64,000 nucleotides of DNA, taken from an uncultured Planctomycetia bacterium (GTDB taxonomy: Bacteria; Omnitrophota; Gorgyraeia; JABMRG01). The notes under the pieces were generated by a model that saw only the letters and a program-made list of their open reading frames with translations, was not told the DNA's origin and did not search any database. The stretch lies in assembly GCA_964634945.1 (NCBI GenBank), contig CAZWMG010000007.1:3488-67487 (forward strand), in the 5' to 3' direction. Positions 26,671 through 34,049 of the stretch are shown in pieces. Positions within the stretch are counted from its first letter, which is position 1. Each line of letters starts with the position of its first letter. Both the position numbers and the translations under genes were made by a program.

Positions 26671-28395
26671 CTACTCTTCTGCTTCTATTTCAGTAACGCG
26701 CAGGACTTCTCTTATTGTAGTAATGCCCGCTTCAACCTTAGCCATGCCATTATTAAATAATGTTCTCATGCCATTCTTTAATGCTCGTTCTTTTATTTCG
26801 TTTATCGGCGCTCTTTTAAGCACAAGATCTCGTGTCTGATCATCTAAAACAAGTATCTCGTAAATTGCTGTCCTGCCTTTAAAGCCGGTAAATTTACATG
26901 ATTCACAGCCTTTGCCTTCAAAGAATATCCTCTTCTGGTTAGGGTCAAGATTGAGATCCTTAAGCAGCTCTTTATCCGGGATAACTTCTTCCCTGCATTT
27001 ATCACATATCACCCTTACCAGCCTCTGTGCTATAGCCGCTTCTATTGAGCTTGAAACAAGGTATGGTTCAATGCCCATATCAATTAATCTTGTTATGGCA
27101 CCTGCCGCATCATTAGTATGTAAGGTTGAAAAGACAAGATGCCCGGTAAGGGCAACCCTTATGGCTATCTCTGCTGTCTCAAGGTCTCTTATCTCACCGA
27201 CCATCATAATATCCGGATCATGACGCAGCATTGAGCGTAATCCCGTACCAAAGGTGAGCCCGACTTTTGTATTGACCTGTATCTGGGTAATCCCTCTTAA
27301 CTGGTACTCGATAGGATCTTCTATGGTTATAATGTTCTTACTCGCGTCGTTAATCTTGCTTAAACAGGCATAGAGCGTTGTCGTCTTCCCGCTTCCTGTA
27401 GGGCCGGTAACGAGTAATATACCGTGAGGCTTTCCTATAATATCTTCTATAACATTTAGGTCATCTCCAAAAAGGCCTAATTTTTCAAGTCCCATAAGTA
27501 TGCTGCCGCTCAATATTCTTATATGCACACTCTCACCATATGAAGTTGGAATGACTGATACCCTGAGGTCAAGCTCCTCGTCTGATATCTTTAATTTTAT
27601 TCTGCCATCCTGAGGAAGGCGCCTCTCGGCGATATTTAACGCGGACATTATCTTTACACGCGAAACTATAGCTGAGTGCAGGTATTTTATTGTTGGTGGG
27701 ATGCTAGCATTGAACAAGACTCCATCAACGCGGTATCTGATACGGAGCTCACCTTCAAACGGCTCTATATGTATATCTGTTGCCCTTTCAGTAACAGCCT
27801 GATGGAGCACCTGATTTACAAATTTTATAATTGAGGCGTCATCTGCCATATCATCAATATCGCTGGATGCCTCAAGCTGTGTAGGCCCGGAATCCTCTAC
27901 ATCAGCCTGCCCCATAATCTTTTCTACTGTCTCAGCGCCAACTCCATAGTATCTCTTTATAGACTCGAGTATATCCTTCTCACCTGACAATACAGGCTCT
28001 ATATCATATTTAAGGACAAGTTTTATATCATCCAATATCGCGAGATCAAGGGGATTTGTTACAGCGATTGTCAGTTTTACACCTTTAAGACTTATCGGGA
28101 TTATTTTATAATAACAGGCAAATTTAGCGGGAACCTTCTCAATAATTTCTGGCTCTATATCAAGATCTTTTAATCTTTTATATGGAAAACCTATTTGACG
28201 GGAGAGCGTTATTAGGACCTGCTCTTCGGTCGCAAACCCAAGATCGACAATAGTATTACCGATTAAGCTACCCGTTATCTGCTGCTCTGAAAGCGCCTTT
28301 TCAAGCTGCTTAGCAGTTATTACTTGATCCTCGAGAAGTATCTCACCTAATTTTCTATCAGGTCTTGACATTGAATTACCTCTTTTATATAACAC
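26671..28395 (-). CDS. gspE: T2SS ATPase GspE
   Basis: N-terminal T2SSE_N domain, Walker A GPTGSGKTTTLYA, Asp/His boxes, and the tetracysteine motif CDKC...CESC typical of GspE. Confidence 0.9.
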   Translation of the reverse strand: MLYKRGNSMSRPDRKLGEILLEDQVITAKQLEKALSEQQITGSLIGNTIVDLGFATEEQVLITLSRQIGFPYKRLKDLDIEPEIIEKVPAKFACYYKIIPISLKGVKLTIAVTNPLDLAILDDIKLVLKYDIEPVLSGEKDILESIKRYYGVGAETVEKIMGQADVEDSGPTQLEASSDIDDMADDASIIKFVNQVLHQAVTERATDIHIEPFEGELRIRYRVDGVLFNASIPPTIKYLHSAIVSRVKIMSALNIAERRLPQDGRIKLKISDEELDLRVSVIPTSYGESVHIRILSGSILMGLEKLGLFGDDLNVIEDIIGKPHGILLVTGPTGSGKTTTLYACLSKINDASKNIITIEDPIEYQLRGITQIQVNTKVGLTFGTGLRSMLRHDPDIMMVGEIRDLETAEIAIRVALTGHLVFSTLHTNDAAGAITRLIDMGIEPYLVSSSIEAAIAQRLVRVICDKCREEVIPDKELLKDLNLDPNQKRIFFEGKGCESCKFTGFKGRTAIYEILVLDDQTRDLVLKRAPINEIKERALKNGMRTLFNNGMAKVEAGITTIREVLRVTEIEAEE

Positions 28396-28444
28396 TTAAT
28401 ATAACATAAGGTATTATAAGTTGCAACTAGAATTAATCCTCTAG

Positions 28445-28485
28445 ACCGGTTCTTGAGCACGGGTACCCGTGCTCAAGAACCGGTC
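28445..28485. promoter_or_regulatory. 41-nt perfect palindrome GACCGGTTCTTGAGCACGGGTACCCGTGCTCAAGAACCGGTC. It overlaps the last codons of the methylthiotransferase gene and lies about 50 nt upstream of the gspE start.
   Basis: Perfect 20+1+20 dyad seen directly. No U-tract follows on the transcript, so it is either an operator or a very stable hairpin ahead of the gspEF operon. Confidence 0.45.
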
Positions 28486-29801
28486 TTAACTACCAACTGG
28501 CCAATGTATTTGTCAGGGCCATCGATTAACGTCCTGACATAAGTATCTGTGTAGCCTGTTAGCATACCCGTAACGCTGTCTCTTGCTGTCTCTATCAGAA
28601 CCCTCTGATCCTTATGACGCGACAATAGCTCAAACTCTTTTGCAAATTTATCAGTTAGCGACTTTAACCTCATGTGTCTACTGCTTTTTTCCTGAAATGA
28701 AACCGTATCACTCATCTCAAAGGCTCTTGTACCTTTGCGTGGGCTGTATGTAAATATGTGAACCCTCGATGGCTTAACGCGCTTTATTGTTTTTACTGTA
28801 TTATCAAAGTTCCTATCTGACTCCCCCGGAAAACCGACTATAACATCGGTAGTGATCGCTACCTCAGGAATCTTTGACCTGATAAGCTCTACCTTGTTTA
28901 TAAACTCACCCGCTGTATACCTTCGGTTCATTTTCATCAATATATCGTCATCGCCACTTTGTAGGGGTAGATGAAAATGATTACAAATTTTTTTTGATCT
29001 TCGCATTTCACCGATTAAATCTTCGGTAATATCCAGAAGTTCTATAGAACTTAAACGGATTCTGAAATCCCCATCTAAACGAGCTAATTCCCTGACAAGA
29101 TACACGAGCGTAACCTCATTTTTTAAATCCTTACCAAAATCTCCAAGGCATATCCCTGTTAATACCAATTCCCTGTAATTATTATAGATCAGAGCGCTTG
29201 CCTCTCTCAATATCTCATCTAAGGGCCTGCTCTTTGACCGCCCTCTTACATATGGTACTTTGCAATACGAGCAGAAATTATTACAACCATCTTGGGCCTT
29301 AATAAACGCCTTTGTCTGACCCTTAAAATGGGAAATTCCTTGATCCATACTCTGTTGTGCATATTGCGTATTGCTTGTCCCGAGCAGCCTGTGGTGAGAC
29401 TGTCGAGCCAAAGTCGAGGGGCGTTTTTCGTCATTGCAAATATCATGAATCCACGCGCGGCAATCTCTATCTTTTAATATCTCCCCTACATCCTGTTTGT
29501 CTCTGTTATTAAGAACCCTGATCCTGGAATCGATAGCCTTAATAGTATCAGAGTCTTTTTCAGCATAACATCCTGCCGCTATAATCTCTGCCTTAGGATT
29601 CTCTTTCATAAAGCGGCGCAATATTTCACGGGACCCTTTATCCGCCTTGGCAGTTACAGTACAGGTGTTGACAATACAGAGATCCGCTTTTTCGCTATCC
29701 GCTGCCTCTTTATAGCCAGCAAATGTCAATCTCTCCCGTATTATCTGGGCCTCATATTGGTTGACCTTGCAACCTAGTGTCTTTATCTTAAATGTAATCA
29801 T
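28473..29801 (-). CDS. MiaB/RimO-family radical SAM methylthiotransferase (MTTase)
   Basis: N-terminal MTTase domain (KTLGCKVNQYEAQ; Cys at C12, C46, C78), a radical SAM CxxxCxxC (CNNFCSYCKVP), a TRAM-like C-terminus, and an insertion of about 50 aa (AWIHDICNDEKRPSTLARQSHHRLLGTSNTQYAQQSMDQ). Confidence 0.75.
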   Translation of the reverse strand: MITFKIKTLGCKVNQYEAQIIRERLTFAGYKEAADSEKADLCIVNTCTVTAKADKGSREILRRFMKENPKAEIIAAGCYAEKDSDTIKAIDSRIRVLNNRDKQDVGEILKDRDCRAWIHDICNDEKRPSTLARQSHHRLLGTSNTQYAQQSMDQGISHFKGQTKAFIKAQDGCNNFCSYCKVPYVRGRSKSRPLDEILREASALIYNNYRELVLTGICLGDFGKDLKNEVTLVYLVRELARLDGDFRIRLSSIELLDITEDLIGEMRRSKKICNHFHLPLQSGDDDILMKMNRRYTAGEFINKVELIRSKIPEVAITTDVIVGFPGESDRNFDNTVKTIKRVKPSRVHIFTYSPRKGTRAFEMSDTVSFQEKSSRHMRLKSLTDKFAKEFELLSRHKDQRVLIETARDSVTGMLTGYTDTYVRTLIDGPDKYIGQLVVKTGS

Positions 29802-29804
29802 TTA

Positions 29805-31211
29805 CTATTTTTGTTCTGCGGATTTTACCTCCGCATTAACAACTGATTTATCCGGAAAAAATAATACCGCAAGATAAAAAACTATCAAATTGCCCAGCAC
29901 TCCAATGATTAAGCCATCGATCCCATATGGATTTTTAAATAAGACCTTCCAGATCAATACCCCTAATACTCCGCCCAATCCGCCTGCTACAAAATGTCGT
30001 GTGGAGACCTTAACACCTATGATAGCTGACACAAGAGGCACAAGAATTATAGGCGCCCAGAAATTATAGGAATAGATTAATATATCAAGCACACTCTGTA
30101 TGGACAAGGCGAAAATAATAGCTAAGACTCCAAGCAATACATTCATACATTGAGCAATAAATAGATCCTTGCGCTTATCCGCAGGCAATAATTTTAATGG
30201 GCGTAATACATCGTTAATTGACGAGACTGACGCCGCGTTTAAAAAGGAATCCGCTGAAGACATCACGATGGCAATCACAGCGGCAATAACCAAACCGCGC
30301 AGGCCGATCGGGAGTATCTCCTTTATCACATATGGCATAGCCAAATTCGGATCTATAGAGGGATTAATTGAAAGCGCAACTAGGCCTATTACGCCGGTTA
30401 CAACAAAAAACGGTACAGAGAATATGGCGCTTGCCATGTTTCCTCTTATGGTATGGCCTACATTCTTTCCTAAAAAAAGCCTCTGCACATACGGGGGAGA
30501 GAGCGTTTCTCCCAGCAAAAATGTGAGAAACAGCGAGATAAGCATTAACCAGTTAAAATAATCACCCGGTATAGTAAAATGCCCCGCAGGTAAGAGGCTT
30601 ACCATATTATTCAAGCCCCCGGCATGTACAATCCCTAAGATTAAGGTTAAAGGCAGGCCTATCGCTAAAATGACAAACTGCAAAACATCTGTGGCAACTA
30701 CTCCCCCCATACCACCGACTGTATTGTAGATAATAACAATACCAATTCCAATAAACATGCCCCATGACTTAGGGATGCCGAGGAGTATATTAAAAATATT
30801 ACCCGTAGCCCCTACCTGGGCGCCTAAGATACCCGCGCAAAATATAAATGTAAATATCCCTGTAAAAACCTGGCCTATCTTGCCGTAATGGCACGCCATA
30901 ATATCCCCAACAGAGATCGCGTGGCTATAGCGCTCCATACGCGGAGCAACAAAACGAGCCACTAAAAATTGCTGGAGACTAAAACCCCAAAGTACCACAA
31001 TATTAAGAATGCCAAAACGAAATACCTTTTCGGCATTACCCATAGAAAAGCCTCCACCAATAAAAGATGCTGATAGCGTCGCAAAGATAACCCATGAAGT
31101 ATAACCGCGCCCTGCAACAGCATAAGTTCTAAGGTCTTTAACCTTTTTGCCCTGCCAAAGTCCGATAGCCAAAACTAATGCAAGGTAGCAAGCTACAATA
31201 AATATATCCAA
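29805..31211 (-). CDS. Sodium:solute symporter family (SSF) transporter
   Basis: 13-14 TM helices and an SSF N-terminal pattern (IGLWQGKKVKDLRTYAVAGRGYTSWVIFATLSASFIGGG). Confidence 0.75.
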   Translation of the reverse strand: MDIFIVACYLALVLAIGLWQGKKVKDLRTYAVAGRGYTSWVIFATLSASFIGGGFSMGNAEKVFRFGILNIVVLWGFSLQQFLVARFVAPRMERYSHAISVGDIMACHYGKIGQVFTGIFTFIFCAGILGAQVGATGNIFNILLGIPKSWGMFIGIGIVIIYNTVGGMGGVVATDVLQFVILAIGLPLTLILGIVHAGGLNNMVSLLPAGHFTIPGDYFNWLMLISLFLTFLLGETLSPPYVQRLFLGKNVGHTIRGNMASAIFSVPFFVVTGVIGLVALSINPSIDPNLAMPYVIKEILPIGLRGLVIAAVIAIVMSSADSFLNAASVSSINDVLRPLKLLPADKRKDLFIAQCMNVLLGVLAIIFALSIQSVLDILIYSYNFWAPIILVPLVSAIIGVKVSTRHFVAGGLGGVLGVLIWKVLFKNPYGIDGLIIGVLGNLIVFYLAVLFFPDKSVVNAEVKSAEQK

Positions 31212-31243
31212 ACCATTCCTCCCCTACTTAATTTTTGCACCCT

Positions 31244-31280
31244 TTGTAACCTTTAAAATGGCGCGCCTGACAGGATTCGC
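31244..31280 (-). repeat. Partial duplicate of the tRNA-Arg 3-prime end (19 nt of the tRNA plus about 18 nt of downstream flank). It forms a roughly 37-bp direct repeat with 31422..31458, an attL/attR-like arrangement.
   Basis: CCTTTGTAACCTTTAAAATGGCGCGCCTGACAGGATT at 31244 matches GTTTGTAACCTTTAAAAATGGCGCGCCTGACAGGATT at 31422. A (TTTGTAAC)x3 tandem repeat abuts the second copy. Confidence 0.6.
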
Positions 31281-31439
31281 CTCCTACGCTCGGCGGTGCC
31301 TCGCTGTCCTCCTTCGCTTAGTAGTTTCATATATAGCTACGGAGGATAAACTCCGGTCCGCCAATATCAATTTACTAATTGCTCAACAGCTACATTATTT
31401 AACTTTTGTAACGTTTGTAACGTTTGTAACCTTTAAAAA

Positions 31440-31516
31440 TGGCGCGCCTGACAGGATTTGAACCTGTGACACCCAGTTCCGGAAACTGGTGCTCTATCCA
31501 GCTGAGCTACAGGCGC
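31440..31516 (-). tRNA. tRNA-Arg (anticodon CCG) with an encoded CCA end
   Basis: Cloverleaf read by hand: GCGCCUG-UA-GCUC-AGCUGGAUA-GAGC-A-CCAGU-UUCCGGA-ACUGG-GUGUC-ACAGG-UUCAAAU-CCUGU-CAGGCGC-G-CCA. Confidence 0.85.
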
Positions 31517-31578
31517 GCATAAATGCATTATAAAACTGACGAACTGTACTAAACGCTGCCCTATACCAGAATTTGCTT

Positions 31579-31593
31579 CCCGCCGTAGGCGGG
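31579..31593 (-). terminator. Small GC hairpin (CCCGCC-GTAG-GCGGG) downstream of doc, a possible terminator. A G8 homopolymer lies just beyond it.
   Basis: Seen directly. Only a weak U-tract follows on the transcript. Confidence 0.3.
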
Positions 31594-31626
31594 CATACGC
31601 TACGGCATGGGGGGGGGTAGAGCTAC

Positions 31627-32043
31627 TTAATAGGGTTCCATATAGGTCTCTATAAAAACTCTTATATAATTTTGCATCTTTTCTTTTTGCTTAGAGTCAC
31701 TCTTTGCTATGTCAACTGCAAAGCGATATAATGTCTTTACATCGACTTTTATCCATTTTTTATTTCTAGCAAGAAAGACTAAGAGCGTCGTTACCGCTAC
31801 TCTTTTATTACCATTTTGAAATGGGTGATTTTTTATCATAAGATAAAATAAGATTGCAGCCTTATCGCTAATCTGAGAATATAATTCTGCTTTATCAAAT
31901 GTTTGAAAAGGAACGGCTAAACAGCTTTCTAAAATGTTAGGATAACGTGTGCTAAAATCCGGTATTGGTTCATCAAAACCTAATCTCTCCTGCGCAAGTG
32001 AGTAAGCTATATACTGAACCTCTGCTAATGAGAGCTTTTCCAC
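31627..32043 (-). CDS. doc: Doc-family toxin (Fic/Doc fold)
   Basis: NHPFQNGNKRVAVT matches the Doc/Fic HxFx(D/N)GNKR motif. 138 aa. It overlaps the upstream antitoxin gene by 1 nt. Confidence 0.8.
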   Translation of the reverse strand: MEKLSLAEVQYIAYSLAQERLGFDEPIPDFSTRYPNILESCLAVPFQTFDKAELYSQISDKAAILFYLMIKNHPFQNGNKRVAVTTLLVFLARNKKWIKVDVKTLYRFAVDIAKSDSKQKEKMQNYIRVFIETYMEPY

Positions 32044-32309
32044 TATTCGTCACCTAGCAATTTGAGTGTCTCTCCGTATTCTTCTACGACTCTTCTTACT
32101 ATGCTGCGTATCTTGTCCTTGTCTTCAGCTTGAAGATTCTTGTTTATAATACCAATCAGGCCCTTTATGGGAATAGCGTAGTTCCTGCCTATTCTAATTG
32201 CCTTGATCTGACCGTTCTTAACCTTTTTATGCACTGCTTGGCGAGTCAATTGGAGAAGCTTCGCCGCCTCAGGTATTGACATATACTCTTTGTTTTTCAT
32301 ATGTTCCAC
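32043..32309 (-). CDS. HTH_17 (excisionase-type helix-turn-helix) antitoxin partner of Doc
   Basis: MSIPEAAKLLQLTRQAVHKKVKNGQIKAIRIG is an excisionase/MerR-like HTH. It is translationally coupled to doc. The track start is a GTG, and a later ATG start (MKNKEYM, at 32300) is plausible. Confidence 0.65.
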   Translation of the reverse strand: MEHMKNKEYMSIPEAAKLLQLTRQAVHKKVKNGQIKAIRIGRNYAIPIKGLIGIINKNLQAEDKDKIRSIVRRVVEEYGETLKLLGDE

Positions 32310-32310
32310 C

Positions 32311-32376
32311 TTGTAAACTGAATAAATTACGTTTACTCTTGTAAACCATATTATTATAGTTTACACATGTAAACTC
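32311..32376. promoter_or_regulatory. Operator-like array of five GTAAAC/GTTTAC half-sites immediately upstream of the antitoxin-doc operon
   Basis: GTAAAC at 32313, GTTTAC at 32331, GTAAAC at 32341, GTTTAC at 32359, GTAAAC at 32369. This alternating orientation is typical of TA autoregulatory operators. Confidence 0.5.
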
Positions 32377-32573
32377 TCTATATAAATTTAGCATATTTTA
32401 AGTGATAAGTCAAACCAATTCTCTTGTTTTTTAGAAATTTGCATTGACTCATAAAAGGTCTTACTTATTCTAAAAGGAGCATAAACGGCAACGTAGAGTA
32501 TCCAGAAACTGGCGTTCCCTGCCTTGCCGGCAGGCGCTTGCTTCGGTACTCGGTAACAGGTTTTCAGTTATTG

Positions 32574-33296
32574 CTAATTTATGCTATGAATTAAAGAGAT
32601 TGCAAATATAGCTGCTGTATCGACCTTCAAGACTAATTCTCCTAAAGAGACTGTTTTAAAACCATACTCCTCTGCCAGCGCTATCTCTTCTTTACTAAAA
32701 TCACCTTCCGGGCCTATAAATACTGCTGTGCTATCCTGCTTTTTAGACAAGGCATCCTTAATATGTAAAGCTGATTCGCAGACATAGGGTATTAGCCTGT
32801 TCTTATAATCCAACTTCTCTATCAGTTTCATGACATCTTTAAAATCAGTTACACCGTGTATAGTTGGCAAAGTATCTCTGCCGCATTGTTTTGATGCCTC
32901 CAACGCAAGGCTCTTCCATCTCCTGTGCTTATTTAATCCTGAAACCTTATCAACCTTCACAATAGTATGACTTGTAACCATAGGCACAATATCTGTTACT
33001 CCGAGTTCAGTAGCCTTCTCTATTATATAGTCTATCTTGCTCTTCTTCGGCAAGGCGCAGGCCAATAGTATATTTGGCGTATCGATATGCCGGGATGATA
33101 CCTTTTCTATCTCCGCTTTTACGCCGGCTCCTATCTCTGTTATGCGCAGGGTGTAACTCTTTCCCGCTCCGTCAAGCCCGATAAACCTGTCTCCTGGTTT
33201 TAATCTTATTACATCCTTTATATGATGCGCCTCTTTACCGCTTATCATAATCTTACCGGCCTTTATAGCGGACTTATCAATATAAAATCTTCTCAT
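32574..33296 (-). CDS. rsmE: 16S rRNA (uracil1498-N3)-methyltransferase RsmE
   Basis: N-terminal PUA-like domain (MRRFYIDKSAIKAGKIMISGKEAHHIKDVIRLKPGDRF) and a SPOUT C-terminus. Confidence 0.8.
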   Translation of the reverse strand: MRRFYIDKSAIKAGKIMISGKEAHHIKDVIRLKPGDRFIGLDGAGKSYTLRITEIGAGVKAEIEKVSSRHIDTPNILLACALPKKSKIDYIIEKATELGVTDIVPMVTSHTIVKVDKVSGLNKHRRWKSLALEASKQCGRDTLPTIHGVTDFKDVMKLIEKLDYKNRLIPYVCESALHIKDALSKKQDSTAVFIGPEGDFSKEEIALAEEYGFKTVSLGELVLKVDTAAIFAISLIHSIN

Positions 33297-33970
33297 ATCA
33301 CACCTGTATTTTTAATTAACGCGCTCACGATTACATGAACTCCCAAAAAAAACAGAATAGTGCCGCATATCCTCTGGAATATAATCAGGGCTCCTTGATG
33401 CCGCAGGAGTTTAAGCTTCGGAATAGCGCCCGCTGCCATAGCCAGTAAAGCAAGCGGCGAAATAGCTGTGCCAAGGGCGAACGCCGCGGCCATTAAAATG
33501 CCGTGAGTATAATGCGTAGAGACCATTGTTATATATGAAATAATCCCTATCAGCGGGACGCATGGCAGGATTCCTATCAATATGCCAAGACTTACAAGGC
33601 TTTTTGTATCATGCTGTATCAAGGATTGGTTTAATGCGCCACATACCTTAAACCTAGTATGTATACCAAAAAATATTAATACCCCTAAAAGAGATATAAA
33701 TACACCTGTTACTAGCCAAATAATATAGCCTGATACCCCAGAGTAGAACCTGCTAAATAATCCCGCCCCGGCAATGCCGGCGATAAACCCCAGAAAGAGA
33801 GTAACAAAAAACCTGCTCAATGAGAATATAAACCAACTCTTCAATCCCTGCATAGCTGAGTTCTTGGTACCGGCGATATAGCTTATAAGCACAGGCCCAC
33901 AGCTTGCTAAACAGGGCCCAGAGCCCATCAATAATCCTGTTATAAATAAACTCAGGCATATCCTTAACAT
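33293..33970 (-). CDS. Polytopic membrane protein, possibly of the DsbD/CcdA-like (cytochrome c biogenesis-type) transmembrane family
   Basis: Six predicted TM helices. A paired-Cys motif GSGPCLASCGP sits in TM1 and a further Cys pair lies in a later helix. The family assignment is tentative. Confidence 0.35.
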   Translation of the reverse strand: MLRICLSLFITGLLMGSGPCLASCGPVLISYIAGTKNSAMQGLKSWFIFSLSRFFVTLFLGFIAGIAGAGLFSRFYSGVSGYIIWLVTGVFISLLGVLIFFGIHTRFKVCGALNQSLIQHDTKSLVSLGILIGILPCVPLIGIISYITMVSTHYTHGILMAAAFALGTAISPLALLAMAAGAIPKLKLLRHQGALIIFQRICGTILFFLGVHVIVSALIKNTGVI

Positions 33971-34049
33971 TAATATATACTACTATGTAATTGACGCTTT
34001 GTCAAAAAGATAGTAAAATTGAATTTAGGAATAAGGATTATCCGCTAAT

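Noticed and set aside
31258-31461. Plus-strand ORF of 67 aa spanning the tRNA-Arg region
   Set aside because: It runs through the duplicated tRNA 3-prime-end repeat and into the tRNA gene itself. It is an artefact of an open frame across the att-like repeat.
31605-31612. G8 homopolymer tract, a possible phase-variation switch
   Set aside because: It lies downstream of the doc stop codon in non-coding sequence, so length changes would not shift any reading frame.
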